Both the position numbers and the translations under genes were made by a program. Of a stretch of DNA of 64,000 bases, positions 18,685 through 27,242 are shown piece by piece. Each line of letters begins with the position of its first letter. Position 1 is the first letter of the stretch. Source of the stretch: Patescibacteria group bacterium (lineage in GTDB: Bacteria; Patescibacteriota; Patescibacteriia; Patescibacteriales; JBAZCA01); the NCBI GenBank assembly GCA_041661505.1, contig JBAZUF010000003.1, positions 74,772 to 138,771 on the forward strand, read 5' to 3'. The notes beneath the pieces are model-generated. The model saw only the letters and a list, made by a program, of their open reading frames with translations, did not search any database and was not told the origin of the DNA.

Positions 18685-19863
18685 TTAAGCCAGGACCTCT
18701 TTGAATACGTACAGAAGTTTTTCAGTCGTAGACTCGACTTGGAATTGAGATATAAAATCTTTATTTATCCGGATAATCATCTCGCCGGAGATAATTTTTT
18801 CCAAGGTTTTTTCCAGTGCTTCAATCTGATCATAGTGAAAGCTCGGACAGCCGAGTCCGGCTAAAAATTTCTCCGTCGGACTATCTTTTGGGGTTAAACC
18901 GATAATCGGCGTCCCGCTCCCGGCATAATCAATAGCTTTTGAGGGAAGGAACATGCTTCCGGGAATGTCGGCGTCAATTACAAAAAGGCAATTGGAAGCC
19001 GTCATCCGCCCTAAGCTTTCTAAATAGCTAACTTGGGGAATAATTTCCGCGACCGAATTTAAGTTATAACCATCCAGTAATCCGTTAAGTTTTTTACTGT
19101 CGTAGCCAGCGTAGGCATTGGTCGCGCCAACCAGTTCAATTTTAATTTTTTGCTTCAACTCCGGCCGGCGGGCGAAAATTTTTGAAAAGGCTTTTAAGAA
19201 TATTTCCGGATTCCTTTGGGGATAAAAAGCGCCAATATGGCTAAAAGTAAATTTTTTATTTTTCACCTCTGGTTTTACGGGGTAATCTTTTTTGTCAAAG
19301 CAATGGGGCACTATCCGGCATTTTTCCCGCCAGGAAGATGGGTGGTTTTTCATTGTATATTCTTCTAATACGTCATTTACAAAAACCACCCGGTCGCTGT
19401 TTTCGATTACGAATTTTTCCTGGCTATAGATTTTCCGGTTTTTCTTCGGGGAGAAATTTAAAAAAGGATGAAGATACCATGGGTCGCTAAAATGGGAAAC
19501 GAAAGGCAGGCCAGTTTTTTTCTTAAGCCTCGCGCCAAGAAGGTTGCTCGCCTGGGGATTGGAAAAAGAGAAAATTAGACTCGGTGAATGTTTTTTAATA
19601 ATACCTAAAATCAGTCGGAAAAGTTTTCTATAATACAAGTTTTCAAGCAAGCTTCCAATAATAGGCAGCTGGTAAAAACGGGGGCTGATTTTTGGCGTTG
19701 GTATTTTATATACTAAAGCGCCCGGGCGCCATTCCCCGCCGTCGTAAGTAATAATTATCGGCTCGGCTCCCTGGCGGATCCATTCAGGAATCATTTTTCC
19801 AATTAAAATAGCCTGCGGGCGGATTTGGGGCGGAGTGCGGAAGCTAAGACACAATATTTTCAT
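18685..19863 (-). CDS. Glycosyltransferase (GT-B-like, family uncertain)
   Basis: 392 aa with a two-Rossmann-half layout. C-terminal half has FSHIGAFYPQRNPE..VGAT..LFVIDAD..PSKAIDYAGSGTPIIGL. ATGA-type overlap with the upstream methyltransferase. Confidence 0.5.
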   Translation of the reverse strand: MKILCLSFRTPPQIRPQAILIGKMIPEWIRQGAEPIIITYDGGEWRPGALVYKIPTPKISPRFYQLPIIGSLLENLYYRKLFRLILGIIKKHSPSLIFSFSNPQASNLLGARLKKKTGLPFVSHFSDPWYLHPFLNFSPKKNRKIYSQEKFVIENSDRVVFVNDVLEEYTMKNHPSSWREKCRIVPHCFDKKDYPVKPEVKNKKFTFSHIGAFYPQRNPEIFLKAFSKIFARRPELKQKIKIELVGATNAYAGYDSKKLNGLLDGYNLNSVAEIIPQVSYLESLGRMTASNCLFVIDADIPGSMFLPSKAIDYAGSGTPIIGLTPKDSPTEKFLAGLGCPSFHYDQIEALEKTLEKIISGEMIIRINKDFISQFQVESTTEKLLYVFKEVLA

Positions 19864-20486
19864 ACGGATTTTTTTAGAAAAAAGGTAATACGATCCCTTT
19901 TTTTATAGCTGAAAATCGTTGTCAAACACCCGTTTTCTTTGACCATGGAAAGGAATTTTTTTTCGGTAATTTTATAGCTAGCCCGGTTTTTAATTAAAAT
20001 TCCCAAACGCTCCTTTAACCCGGCCGGTGGTTGAATATGAAAAACACAGAGGCCGTTATTATTCAGCGCCTCGGCAATTTTTTTCAAGCGGACAACGCTG
20101 TGCGGCAAGTAATTGCCGCTGACATTATCTAAAATGGCGTCGAATTTTTTTACGGCGTTATACTGATCAAAGGTAGAATTTATAAATTCTGACTTATAGG
20201 GCTTATTTAAGGCATTTAATTCGTTGGCCGTTGCGATCATCCTTTTTGAATAATCCAAACCAACTAATTCTTTTAAATTTTTTGCCAGCCGATAGTAGCC
20301 GGCCGTTCCGCACCCAATATCCAGGAGCCGATAATTATCAAGCAGGGTATCAGTGATCAGAAAAAAAAGATAGCCCAGCTTATAATCGAAATTGATTGGT
20401 TTTAAATGCGTGTCCTTATAGCCGGCAACGTATTCGGGCGTGCAATCAAGCCCGAATTTTGGTGCCAATCCTTTTAAATTGGTCAT
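19860..20486 (-). CDS. Class I SAM-dependent methyltransferase
   Basis: LLDIGCGTAGYY motif I, FDAILDNVSGNY, LNNNGLCVFHI. Confidence 0.7.
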   Translation of the reverse strand: MTNLKGLAPKFGLDCTPEYVAGYKDTHLKPINFDYKLGYLFFLITDTLLDNYRLLDIGCGTAGYYRLAKNLKELVGLDYSKRMIATANELNALNKPYKSEFINSTFDQYNAVKKFDAILDNVSGNYLPHSVVRLKKIAEALNNNGLCVFHIQPPAGLKERLGILIKNRASYKITEKKFLSMVKENGCLTTIFSYKKRDRITFFLKKSV

Positions 20487-20495
20487 AATATTATT

Positions 20496-23159
20496 TTAGA
20501 TGCCTTTTTTTGGCAATGTAAATAGTAAGAGGTCGGCAAAATATTTTGCCGCCCAGTTTAGAGCCTGGTAAGGTTGATAGGCGCCGGCTATGGGCCAGCT
20601 CCCAAAGATTGCTCCCAAGCCCCCGCCCAGATTTTCAAAACTTACGTTTTGGCGTTTTTTTAAATAATCTTTAGCCTTCATGGCGAAAGTTAAGTATTTT
20701 TCTTCACCCGCCTGGTCATATATTTTTAAAGCAGTAATTCCAGCTTGGGCGATACCGGTTAAACAAGCCCAGCTCACATCCGAGCTCCAATCGGCTTTTA
20801 GGCGGCCGGGGATAAATCCGTCGTCTCGCATGGCCGACAGAATTCCGTCCAAGCCTTTTTTCGCCGAAAGAAGAAAGCGTTCGTTATGGCATGAAATTCC
20901 TGCGTCCCATAGGCCGTCGATAGTATAGGCTAAAGTATGTAATAATAAATCCGGCCGGTCTTCAAAATCAGCTCCCATAAACCAGCCTTTTTCGTTTTGC
21001 ATCGAAATGGCATATTCGGCCGATCTTTTTGCGCATGAAATATATTCTTTGCGGCCAACCGCTTTGCCCAGCCGGGCAATTGGCGCAAGCGCATAAATAT
21101 TATAAGTGGTGGTTTTTTTATTGACGCAAGCCGCGTTATTTTCTACCCAGCGGCCGGTTTTATTATCCTCTCCCGCCAATAGCCAATCAGCGGATTTTTT
21201 CGCGGCCGATAAGTATTTTTCTTCGCCGCTTTCTTCGTAAATTGCCAAAAGGCCGCGGATTACCTGGCCGGTATCAAAAACTGCCGGCTGGATGTTTTTC
21301 GGACTTAAGTGGCCGCCCCGGACGGCGCCGGAAGGAAGCATAATTTTTAATTCCCAATCGGCCATAACGCGCGCCCTATCAATTAAGGTTTGGTCATTTA
21401 AAGTTTTCGCCGCATTAATGAATGTGGGGATGATATAGCCGGTAGTCTCCGGATAGGGAGGCTGCCAGCCCGCCTTTTTAAATTTTCGGTTCCAAGTTAG
21501 GCTAAAGCCCCGGCTAACTCCCGGCCAGGCGGCGTCATGGGCTTTCTTCAGCCAGTTTATGGTTTGGACAATATGGTACCGGTCACCTGCGGCCGGCAGG
21601 CTTTTTATCCGTTCCAGCTTTTTAATATTCGGCTGAATTCTAATTTTAGCAGAAAATTCTCTTAAAAGAGGAAGATAAAGTTTATATCGTTTTTTAAATC
21701 TTATTACCGAATTTTTTACTGTGCTTAAGCCATTTAGTAAAAAAAGAAAAAGTTTTGATGAAAGAAGGCCGGTGAAAAATTTTATTGTATCAAATATAAA
21801 ATTACGCCCTAATATTTTTTGCAGCTTTAAAAAAAAGAAAAGCTCTTTTTCATAGCGGATTAAATCCAACTCTGAAAGCTCGGAGAAATTGAGCATATAA
21901 TATTTGTGGATGCCTTCGCGCTTTTCCATTATTACGTAGAGCGACTCCAGGTATTTTTCTTCATCCCTAATTTTTCCCGAACGAAGCGCGTCGTAATAAA
22001 TTTTTGTTCCTGGCAGAGCGACTAAGTAAAAAAGTGAAATGGACTCTGGAGGGAGTCTAAGCGATAGAAGGTTGTTAATGGTTTCCTTGATAGTATCTTT
22101 ATTCTCTCCAGCGTAGCCCCAGATAAGGTAGATCATTAAATCCAAATGGTTATTTTTGGTGAGCTCAACCGCTCGAAAATTGTCTTTTACGGTTACGCCT
22201 TTTAGCATCCGGTCGAGAATTTTTTGGGAAAAAGATTCGATGCCATAATTAACAGCAATACAACCCATATCCTTTAGGCTGTGCAAGAGGTTATCGTTCA
22301 CCAGGTCAGTTCTCAAGCCGGTAATCCGAAACATAATACCCAGCCCGCTTTCTTTGATTTTTTCACGCAAAGCTCCAAACCATTCAGGATCAGAAGTGAA
22401 AAGCTCATCATCAATTCTGAAATAATGGATGCCGTACTTATTATATAGAAGCATTAAGTGTTCCCAGGCCCAATTTAGCGAACCCTGCCTAAAGCCCGGC
22501 AGATGGCGATAGCAAAAGCCGCAGAAGCCTACGCATCCGCGCGAAAACATAATTACTCCCAGTTTGTCGTCCGGACGGCTTACGGCCTGGTATTCTTTTG
22601 AGCGGCGGAAAAAAGCGTCCTGATTCGGATGAATAAGGTAGCGGTTGATATCGATTAAATCATAATCAGGGATTAGAAAGTCTTTCGCCTGGGCGCACGC
22701 CCGGTTTTTTATTACTTTACCTTCGGGATCAAGGTAGGCAATGCCGGGCGTCTCCGGTTGGTTTGAATTATTTAAGTTTTCTATCAAGGCCGGAAGCGCG
22801 GTTTCGCCTTCTCCCAAACAGACAAAATCCGCCTCGCAGTTTTTTAATAGGAGTTCGCAGGATACGGCAATGTGCCCGCCGATAATTATTTTTGTCCCCG
22901 GGGATATTTTTTTTACTTCTAAAGAGAATTTTTTTACCCAGCGGTAATGCGGGGCTAGAGCGCTAATTCCCAAAAGAGTGGAGGGCGAGTTTCTAAGGTC
23001 ATCTAAAACTTGTCCTTCCAATTCCGGACGATCGTGCAAATCCACAATCTTAACTTTATAACCTTTATTTTTTAAGGCCGTTCCTAAATAAAGAAGTCCC
23101 AAGGGGAATTCTTTTTTTTCGCAGGCATAAGGCCTTATGAGCAGTACTTCGTCAATCAC
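20496..23159 (-). CDS. Fusion: B12-binding-domain radical SAM (paralog 3 of 4) + C-terminal (alpha/alpha)6-barrel-like domain
   Basis: GTG start. The N-terminal roughly 430 aa carry LGLLYLGTALKNKGYKVKIVD, IGISALA, IIGGHIA, FSRGCVGFCGFCYRH. The C-terminal roughly 370 aa carry repeated helical-hairpin motifs (FDTGQVIRGLLAIYEESGEEKYLSAAKKSADWLL, MQNEKGWF, WACLTGIAQAGITALKIYDQAGEEKYL). Confidence 0.7.
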   Translation of the reverse strand: MIDEVLLIRPYACEKKEFPLGLLYLGTALKNKGYKVKIVDLHDRPELEGQVLDDLRNSPSTLLGISALAPHYRWVKKFSLEVKKISPGTKIIIGGHIAVSCELLLKNCEADFVCLGEGETALPALIENLNNSNQPETPGIAYLDPEGKVIKNRACAQAKDFLIPDYDLIDINRYLIHPNQDAFFRRSKEYQAVSRPDDKLGVIMFSRGCVGFCGFCYRHLPGFRQGSLNWAWEHLMLLYNKYGIHYFRIDDELFTSDPEWFGALREKIKESGLGIMFRITGLRTDLVNDNLLHSLKDMGCIAVNYGIESFSQKILDRMLKGVTVKDNFRAVELTKNNHLDLMIYLIWGYAGENKDTIKETINNLLSLRLPPESISLFYLVALPGTKIYYDALRSGKIRDEEKYLESLYVIMEKREGIHKYYMLNFSELSELDLIRYEKELFFFLKLQKILGRNFIFDTIKFFTGLLSSKLFLFLLNGLSTVKNSVIRFKKRYKLYLPLLREFSAKIRIQPNIKKLERIKSLPAAGDRYHIVQTINWLKKAHDAAWPGVSRGFSLTWNRKFKKAGWQPPYPETTGYIIPTFINAAKTLNDQTLIDRARVMADWELKIMLPSGAVRGGHLSPKNIQPAVFDTGQVIRGLLAIYEESGEEKYLSAAKKSADWLLAGEDNKTGRWVENNAACVNKKTTTYNIYALAPIARLGKAVGRKEYISCAKRSAEYAISMQNEKGWFMGADFEDRPDLLLHTLAYTIDGLWDAGISCHNERFLLSAKKGLDGILSAMRDDGFIPGRLKADWSSDVSWACLTGIAQAGITALKIYDQAGEEKYLTFAMKAKDYLKKRQNVSFENLGGGLGAIFGSWPIAGAYQPYQALNWAAKYFADLLLFTLPKKGI

Positions 23160-23163
23160 AAGA

Positions 23164-24306
23164 TTAAATTGATTTTAACTTAGCCAAAAATTTATCCAGA
23201 TTATCTTTTACCAGCCGGGCGGCAGCTGGAAGCGCAAGTGCGCCGTCATATGCTTTTTCCTTTCGTTGCAATAAATTTTCAATTGCCGGGTTTAATTCGG
23301 CCGCGTCTTTGATCGAATTAAAATCATAAGAAAGGTCCTTGGGGTAGCCGATTGAGTCGCAAAAATATTGATTTTTCGGATTATAGCCTAAAGATAAAAA
23401 AGGCAATCCCAGGAGGTAGGAAAAAATAATCCCATGAAGCCTCATGGAAATGACATATCGGCAACGGGACATTTCATCCATAGTTTTAAAGATATCGCCA
23501 TTAAAGCTATAAATACTCACGCGATCGGGAGCCTCGCAGGAGTTCTTTAGGCGAAGATTCAGTTCAACATCCGGGTATTCGCTTCCAATATATAGATTAA
23601 AGAGTCTGACGCGGAAACCTTCCTTTATTAATCGGTTTATCAAATAAATATATTTATCAAAATGAGAATGATCAAAAAATTCTTTTTCCCGCGCCTTATT
23701 TTTTATAAGCATGAGGCCGATCAGGTCTTCATCATTTTTCTTCGGCCGGCTGAAGTAATCGGTAAAAAGTTCAAAAAGGAGCAGGGAAGTGTCTAGAGAA
23801 GAGTGTATTTCGGGATTAGCGCTAATTTTTTTTGCCAGTTCGGCAGAATGTGCGTCCCTAAGAACCGCGATATCCAGGCTGTCAAGGAGCCGGGCGCACG
23901 CTTTTTTTTCGTCAGCGGTCGTTATGGGTCCGACTGAAATTCCCAAGCCGGCCACCAGGCTTTTTTTATTGAATTTTTTAATTTTTTTTATTACTTCATA
24001 TTTCCACTGGATGCTGTTTAAGGAATGGAGCACCGAACCGCCGCCGATTACTAGGGCATCGAATTTTCTTAGGCGGATATTATCAAGCAGCCGTCTAATT
24101 TTTTGGCTGGCTTTGAAGTTATATAAGCTTTTGATTTCTATTTCTTCTTGCCCCCGGTAAGCCGGCCGGCGTCCGTGCTGATAATAGGTGATCGCGTCTA
24201 TGCCGTTTTTTTTAAGGAAAGAGCGCAGGGCAAAGGCCATCGCTTCATCGCCAAAGTCGCCTTGTCCCACCCAGCCGATATTTAGAATGTTTGGTTTATT
24301 ATACAT
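23164..24306 (-). CDS. Polysaccharide pyruvyl transferase family protein (CsaB/WcaK-like)
   Basis: ILNIGWVGQGDFGDEAMAFAL, ALVIGGGSVLHS and ISMRLHGIIFSYLLGLPFLSLGYNPK match the PS_pyruv_trans pattern. Confidence 0.65.
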   Translation of the reverse strand: MYNKPNILNIGWVGQGDFGDEAMAFALRSFLKKNGIDAITYYQHGRRPAYRGQEEIEIKSLYNFKASQKIRRLLDNIRLRKFDALVIGGGSVLHSLNSIQWKYEVIKKIKKFNKKSLVAGLGISVGPITTADEKKACARLLDSLDIAVLRDAHSAELAKKISANPEIHSSLDTSLLLFELFTDYFSRPKKNDEDLIGLMLIKNKAREKEFFDHSHFDKYIYLINRLIKEGFRVRLFNLYIGSEYPDVELNLRLKNSCEAPDRVSIYSFNGDIFKTMDEMSRCRYVISMRLHGIIFSYLLGLPFLSLGYNPKNQYFCDSIGYPKDLSYDFNSIKDAAELNPAIENLLQRKEKAYDGALALPAAARLVKDNLDKFLAKLKSI

Positions 24307-24308
24307 GC

Positions 24309-25823
24309 TTATTTTAATAAGATTCTTTCAGCCTCTTTTTTAAAACATTCCCAAAGAGCTTCGATTTCTTCAATTTCTTTAGATCCGTATTTCCAGATAG
24401 TGTTATAGTTTAAACTCACTCCGGAGTCAAAGGCGGCGGCCACGTAATTTTCCAGCCGCCTTTCATATTCGGCGTCAAAATCCATGCCAAGTATTTCCTT
24501 GATTTTCGCGGAAAGAGTAGTAAAATCAGTATGCTTTCGGACGTTGGGAAGCATTAGGGTGGTTTCCAAGTTCCCTAATTGGATAACCGGCTTATTTAGA
24601 AATGCCGCTTCAGCAATCGAAGTCCCGCTCGGGCTGATAATTAAGCTGGCCTTTTTCAAGAAAATTTCATTGGGTATGCGGTAGTCGACAAATTTAACGT
24701 TAATTAACCGGGCAATTTTTTTTATATAAGAAGGAGAGCGCCGGCCGGCCATTCCCGGATGCTCTCGGACCACTAAAGCGTAGTCCGCCGGCAAAGACAT
24801 TGCCGCCAGCCGGGCGGTCTCTATTTGATTGCCGAAATAAGGAGCGATAACATCAATGGTCGCCTCGGGCTGGACCTGCAAGGGGAAATAGACAAATCGC
24901 CCAAGTTTTTCTAAAGGACAGAAAGGGAAACGGTCAAGAAAGCGTTTGTTGCGCAGGTGGCTGAAAAAATCCCGTAAGATAATTTTTGGCGGGCGGAAGT
25001 CGGGAGTTATGCCGGTGCTTTCCAATACATTGATTGGGCGTTTATAGTACCAGTAAAAAATCTGCCTGAAGGGAGAAAGAAATTGCCGGGTTTTTTTGTA
25101 TAAGCCGATGCGGGGCTTATTGATAAGATACTCGGGCGGCTTGAAATTGGCGCGGAATTCACTTATATATTTTCTGGCTTTTTCCCGGCTGGGGCTTTCT
25201 GTTTTTTTCTCATTTAAAAGATTAACTAATTCGTGAAAATAGCCGCCGCCGACATTGTAATTGTTGGCAAAAATTCTTACTCCGCTCACTTTGCTGTCGT
25301 ATAAGGCAATCATCTCCACGCCGCGTTTTTTGGCGTACAAATTTAGCATGATATGCGGAAGGGCGACGAAGTTTGGAGCGATAATCAGTTCGGGCTTGAA
25401 TTGAGTGAAAATAATTTTTAAATATTTATAAACGGCTTGGACGTATAAAAGGATTTCTTCTTCGGGCAAATTGGGGGAAAAGCCGTAATAATATTTTTCT
25501 TTATAAGAGCGGACGTGGTTTCTTAAAGAAAGAACGATTGGCCAAATAGAATTAACCCCGAGCTCGGAGCAAATTTCGCTTATTGAATAAGTTTCGCCGG
25601 AAAGGTAATCGGCTGGACGGCTCATTACATTGTCATTGTCGATTATCAATTGATAGGGAACTTCTTTTTGGCTTCTTGTAAATTCGGTAGTTGTCCGTTT
25701 TAAAGTCAATGCCGCCAGAAAACACCCTTCGTGATGAAGTTTTTTAGCGATTTCGTGTCCAATATAAACTCCCCAATGGCGCTGTTGAACCATTAATATC
25801 CTTTTTCCTTCAAGCTTATTCAT
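24309..25823 (-). CDS. Capsule-synthesis (KpsC/KpsS-like) family protein, candidate ulosonic-acid transferase
   Basis: FVYFPLQVQPEATID..LVVREHPGMAG..LIISPSGTSIAEAAFLNKPVIQLG resembles the Capsule_synth pattern (PLQV..D/E, K/R-x-HP, T-x-x-S/G-x-x-G-x-EA). Paralogous layout to 44601-46037. Confidence 0.45.
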   Translation of the reverse strand: MNKLEGKRILMVQQRHWGVYIGHEIAKKLHHEGCFLAALTLKRTTTEFTRSQKEVPYQLIIDNDNVMSRPADYLSGETYSISEICSELGVNSIWPIVLSLRNHVRSYKEKYYYGFSPNLPEEEILLYVQAVYKYLKIIFTQFKPELIIAPNFVALPHIMLNLYAKKRGVEMIALYDSKVSGVRIFANNYNVGGGYFHELVNLLNEKKTESPSREKARKYISEFRANFKPPEYLINKPRIGLYKKTRQFLSPFRQIFYWYYKRPINVLESTGITPDFRPPKIILRDFFSHLRNKRFLDRFPFCPLEKLGRFVYFPLQVQPEATIDVIAPYFGNQIETARLAAMSLPADYALVVREHPGMAGRRSPSYIKKIARLINVKFVDYRIPNEIFLKKASLIISPSGTSIAEAAFLNKPVIQLGNLETTLMLPNVRKHTDFTTLSAKIKEILGMDFDAEYERRLENYVAAAFDSGVSLNYNTIWKYGSKEIEEIEALWECFKKEAERILLK

Positions 25824-25863
25824 AAAGAAATTTTTTAGCCTTTAAACAAAAGCCGATAGTAAG

Positions 25864-25893
25864 ATTATAACAGTATAGATTTTTGACTGTCAA
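25864..25893 (-). promoter_or_regulatory. Promoter TTGACA-N18-TATAAT for the minus-strand operon
   Basis: Minus-strand -35 is rc of TGTCAA at 25888-25893. The -10 is rc of ATTATA at 25864-25869. ATG at 25823. Confidence 0.55.
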
Positions 25894-26038
25894 TTAAAAT
25901 CGCACTCTTTTACAGGGCGATTTTTATTTAAAATAAGCTTAATTTCGGTTTAGCATCTTCCATCTTTCTATGAAGCTTAAAGATGATGTTTTTAGCTAAG
26001 CTAAGATGAAATTTATCCTTCTCGCACAGCTTTTTTCT

Positions 26039-26067
26039 TTGACAATGATAGGCTCATTGACTATAAT
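26039..26067 (+). promoter_or_regulatory. Perfect consensus promoter TTGACA-N17-TATAAT for the 26126-55700 operon
   Basis: TTGACA at 26039-26044, 17-nt spacer, TATAAT at 26062-26067. ATG at 26126 gives a leader of about 50 nt. Confidence 0.7.
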
Positions 26068-26125
26068 AATATAGTAGTTTTAGCTCTAGTTGGGCTGTTT
26101 TTACAAAGCTATTTTCTTCTGAATT

Positions 26126-27241
26126 ATGGCGTATAATATAAAATATTTTGCTGACTTTAGCCAAAAAGGGTGGGACAAGGAAGTTCAAAGACTAAAAGAG
26201 GCAAGCTATTACCATTCTTGGCACTGGCTTTGCTATGCAAGCCGGATGTCGGGGGTAATAAGCCACAATTCATTCGCCCTATACGATGAGGGCGAACTTT
26301 TGGCCATCTGCCCGCTCGCAGCAACTGATAACGGATCGGGTGTACGGGCGCTTTCTTTCGGGTTCGGACCTTTGGGCGCTCCAGCCCTAACTAGCTCGCA
26401 CAGAAGCGAGCGGAGAAAGACGCTCGATTTTATTATCCAGATTTATTTGGAGGCTTTGGAAAAAAATAAGGCGGAAAAAATAATTTTTGCCCGCCATCCA
26501 TTAAACCAAGATATGCTGGATTGCGGCCGGCTGGATTTTAAATACTGTTTTGAATTACTGCGCTACCAATTTTTTTATCTTGTTGAAAATATTTTAGCCA
26601 TAGATTTAACCCGCGAAGAAGAGGATCTCGTAAAAGAGGTGGGGAAATACCATTACCGGCATATAAAAAGAACCCGGAAAAAGGGCGTCGCAGCCAAGGT
26701 TTTTAATTCTTCAGAAAATTCGAAAGAGCTAGACAAGAGATTTTCCGAATTTCGGCAAGCTCACTTCGCTGCTTCAGGCAAAAAAACCCGTCCGGATGAA
26801 ACTTGGGACATAATGCATCAATGCCTAAGAGAAAAAAAAGCCAGCCTATTCGCCGCTTTTTATGATAATGAGCCGATAAGTTTTTTATTTGCCGGGGAAT
26901 GGAATAAGATGGCTTTTGGCTGGTCCCAGGCCAATCTGCTTGAGCGTGAAAAAGAATTTTCACCTCGCCATATGCTTGAATGGGAAGCAATGCTTTATTA
27001 CAAAAAGCAAGGGTTTGAATTTTATGAATTGGGACGGATGCATTATGGCGCCCAGCCTTTTTACGTCTCCAGCCCCAAGGAAAAAAGCATCAGCGTTTTT
27101 AAAGAGCGCTACGGCGGAGTGCTTCTGCCGAAGATAACCTGGACTGGTTATAAGAATCCCAAACTTCAAAAATATGAGGTTGAAGCGTTAATCGGCAGAT
27201 ATTTAAAAGAAGACAATATTATTAAAATACCTCAATCTTAA
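26126..27241 (+). CDS. FemAB-like / GNAT-fold acyl- or aminoacyl-transferase
   Basis: HSWHWLCYA, HYRHIKRTRKKGVAAKV, SLFAAFYDNEPISFLFAG and MLEWEAMLYYKKQGFEFYELG resemble FemAB/Acetyltransf_6 proteins. Confidence 0.55.
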   Translation: MAYNIKYFADFSQKGWDKEVQRLKEASYYHSWHWLCYASRMSGVISHNSFALYDEGELLAICPLAATDNGSGVRALSFGFGPLGAPALTSSHRSERRKTLDFIIQIYLEALEKNKAEKIIFARHPLNQDMLDCGRLDFKYCFELLRYQFFYLVENILAIDLTREEEDLVKEVGKYHYRHIKRTRKKGVAAKVFNSSENSKELDKRFSEFRQAHFAASGKKTRPDETWDIMHQCLREKKASLFAAFYDNEPISFLFAGEWNKMAFGWSQANLLEREKEFSPRHMLEWEAMLYYKKQGFEFYELGRMHYGAQPFYVSSPKEKSISVFKERYGGVLLPKITWTGYKNPKLQKYEVEALIGRYLKEDNIIKIPQS

Positions 27242-27242
27242 T

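Noticed and set aside
20496-21600. The C-terminal domain of the rSAM fusion considered as a LanC-like cyclase (SWACLTG, GISCHNE).
   Set aside because: The order of the Cys/His motifs is reversed relative to LanC (W-C, then C-H). No precursor peptide or dehydratase is nearby. The glycan context favours a sugar- or polyprenyl-binding barrel.
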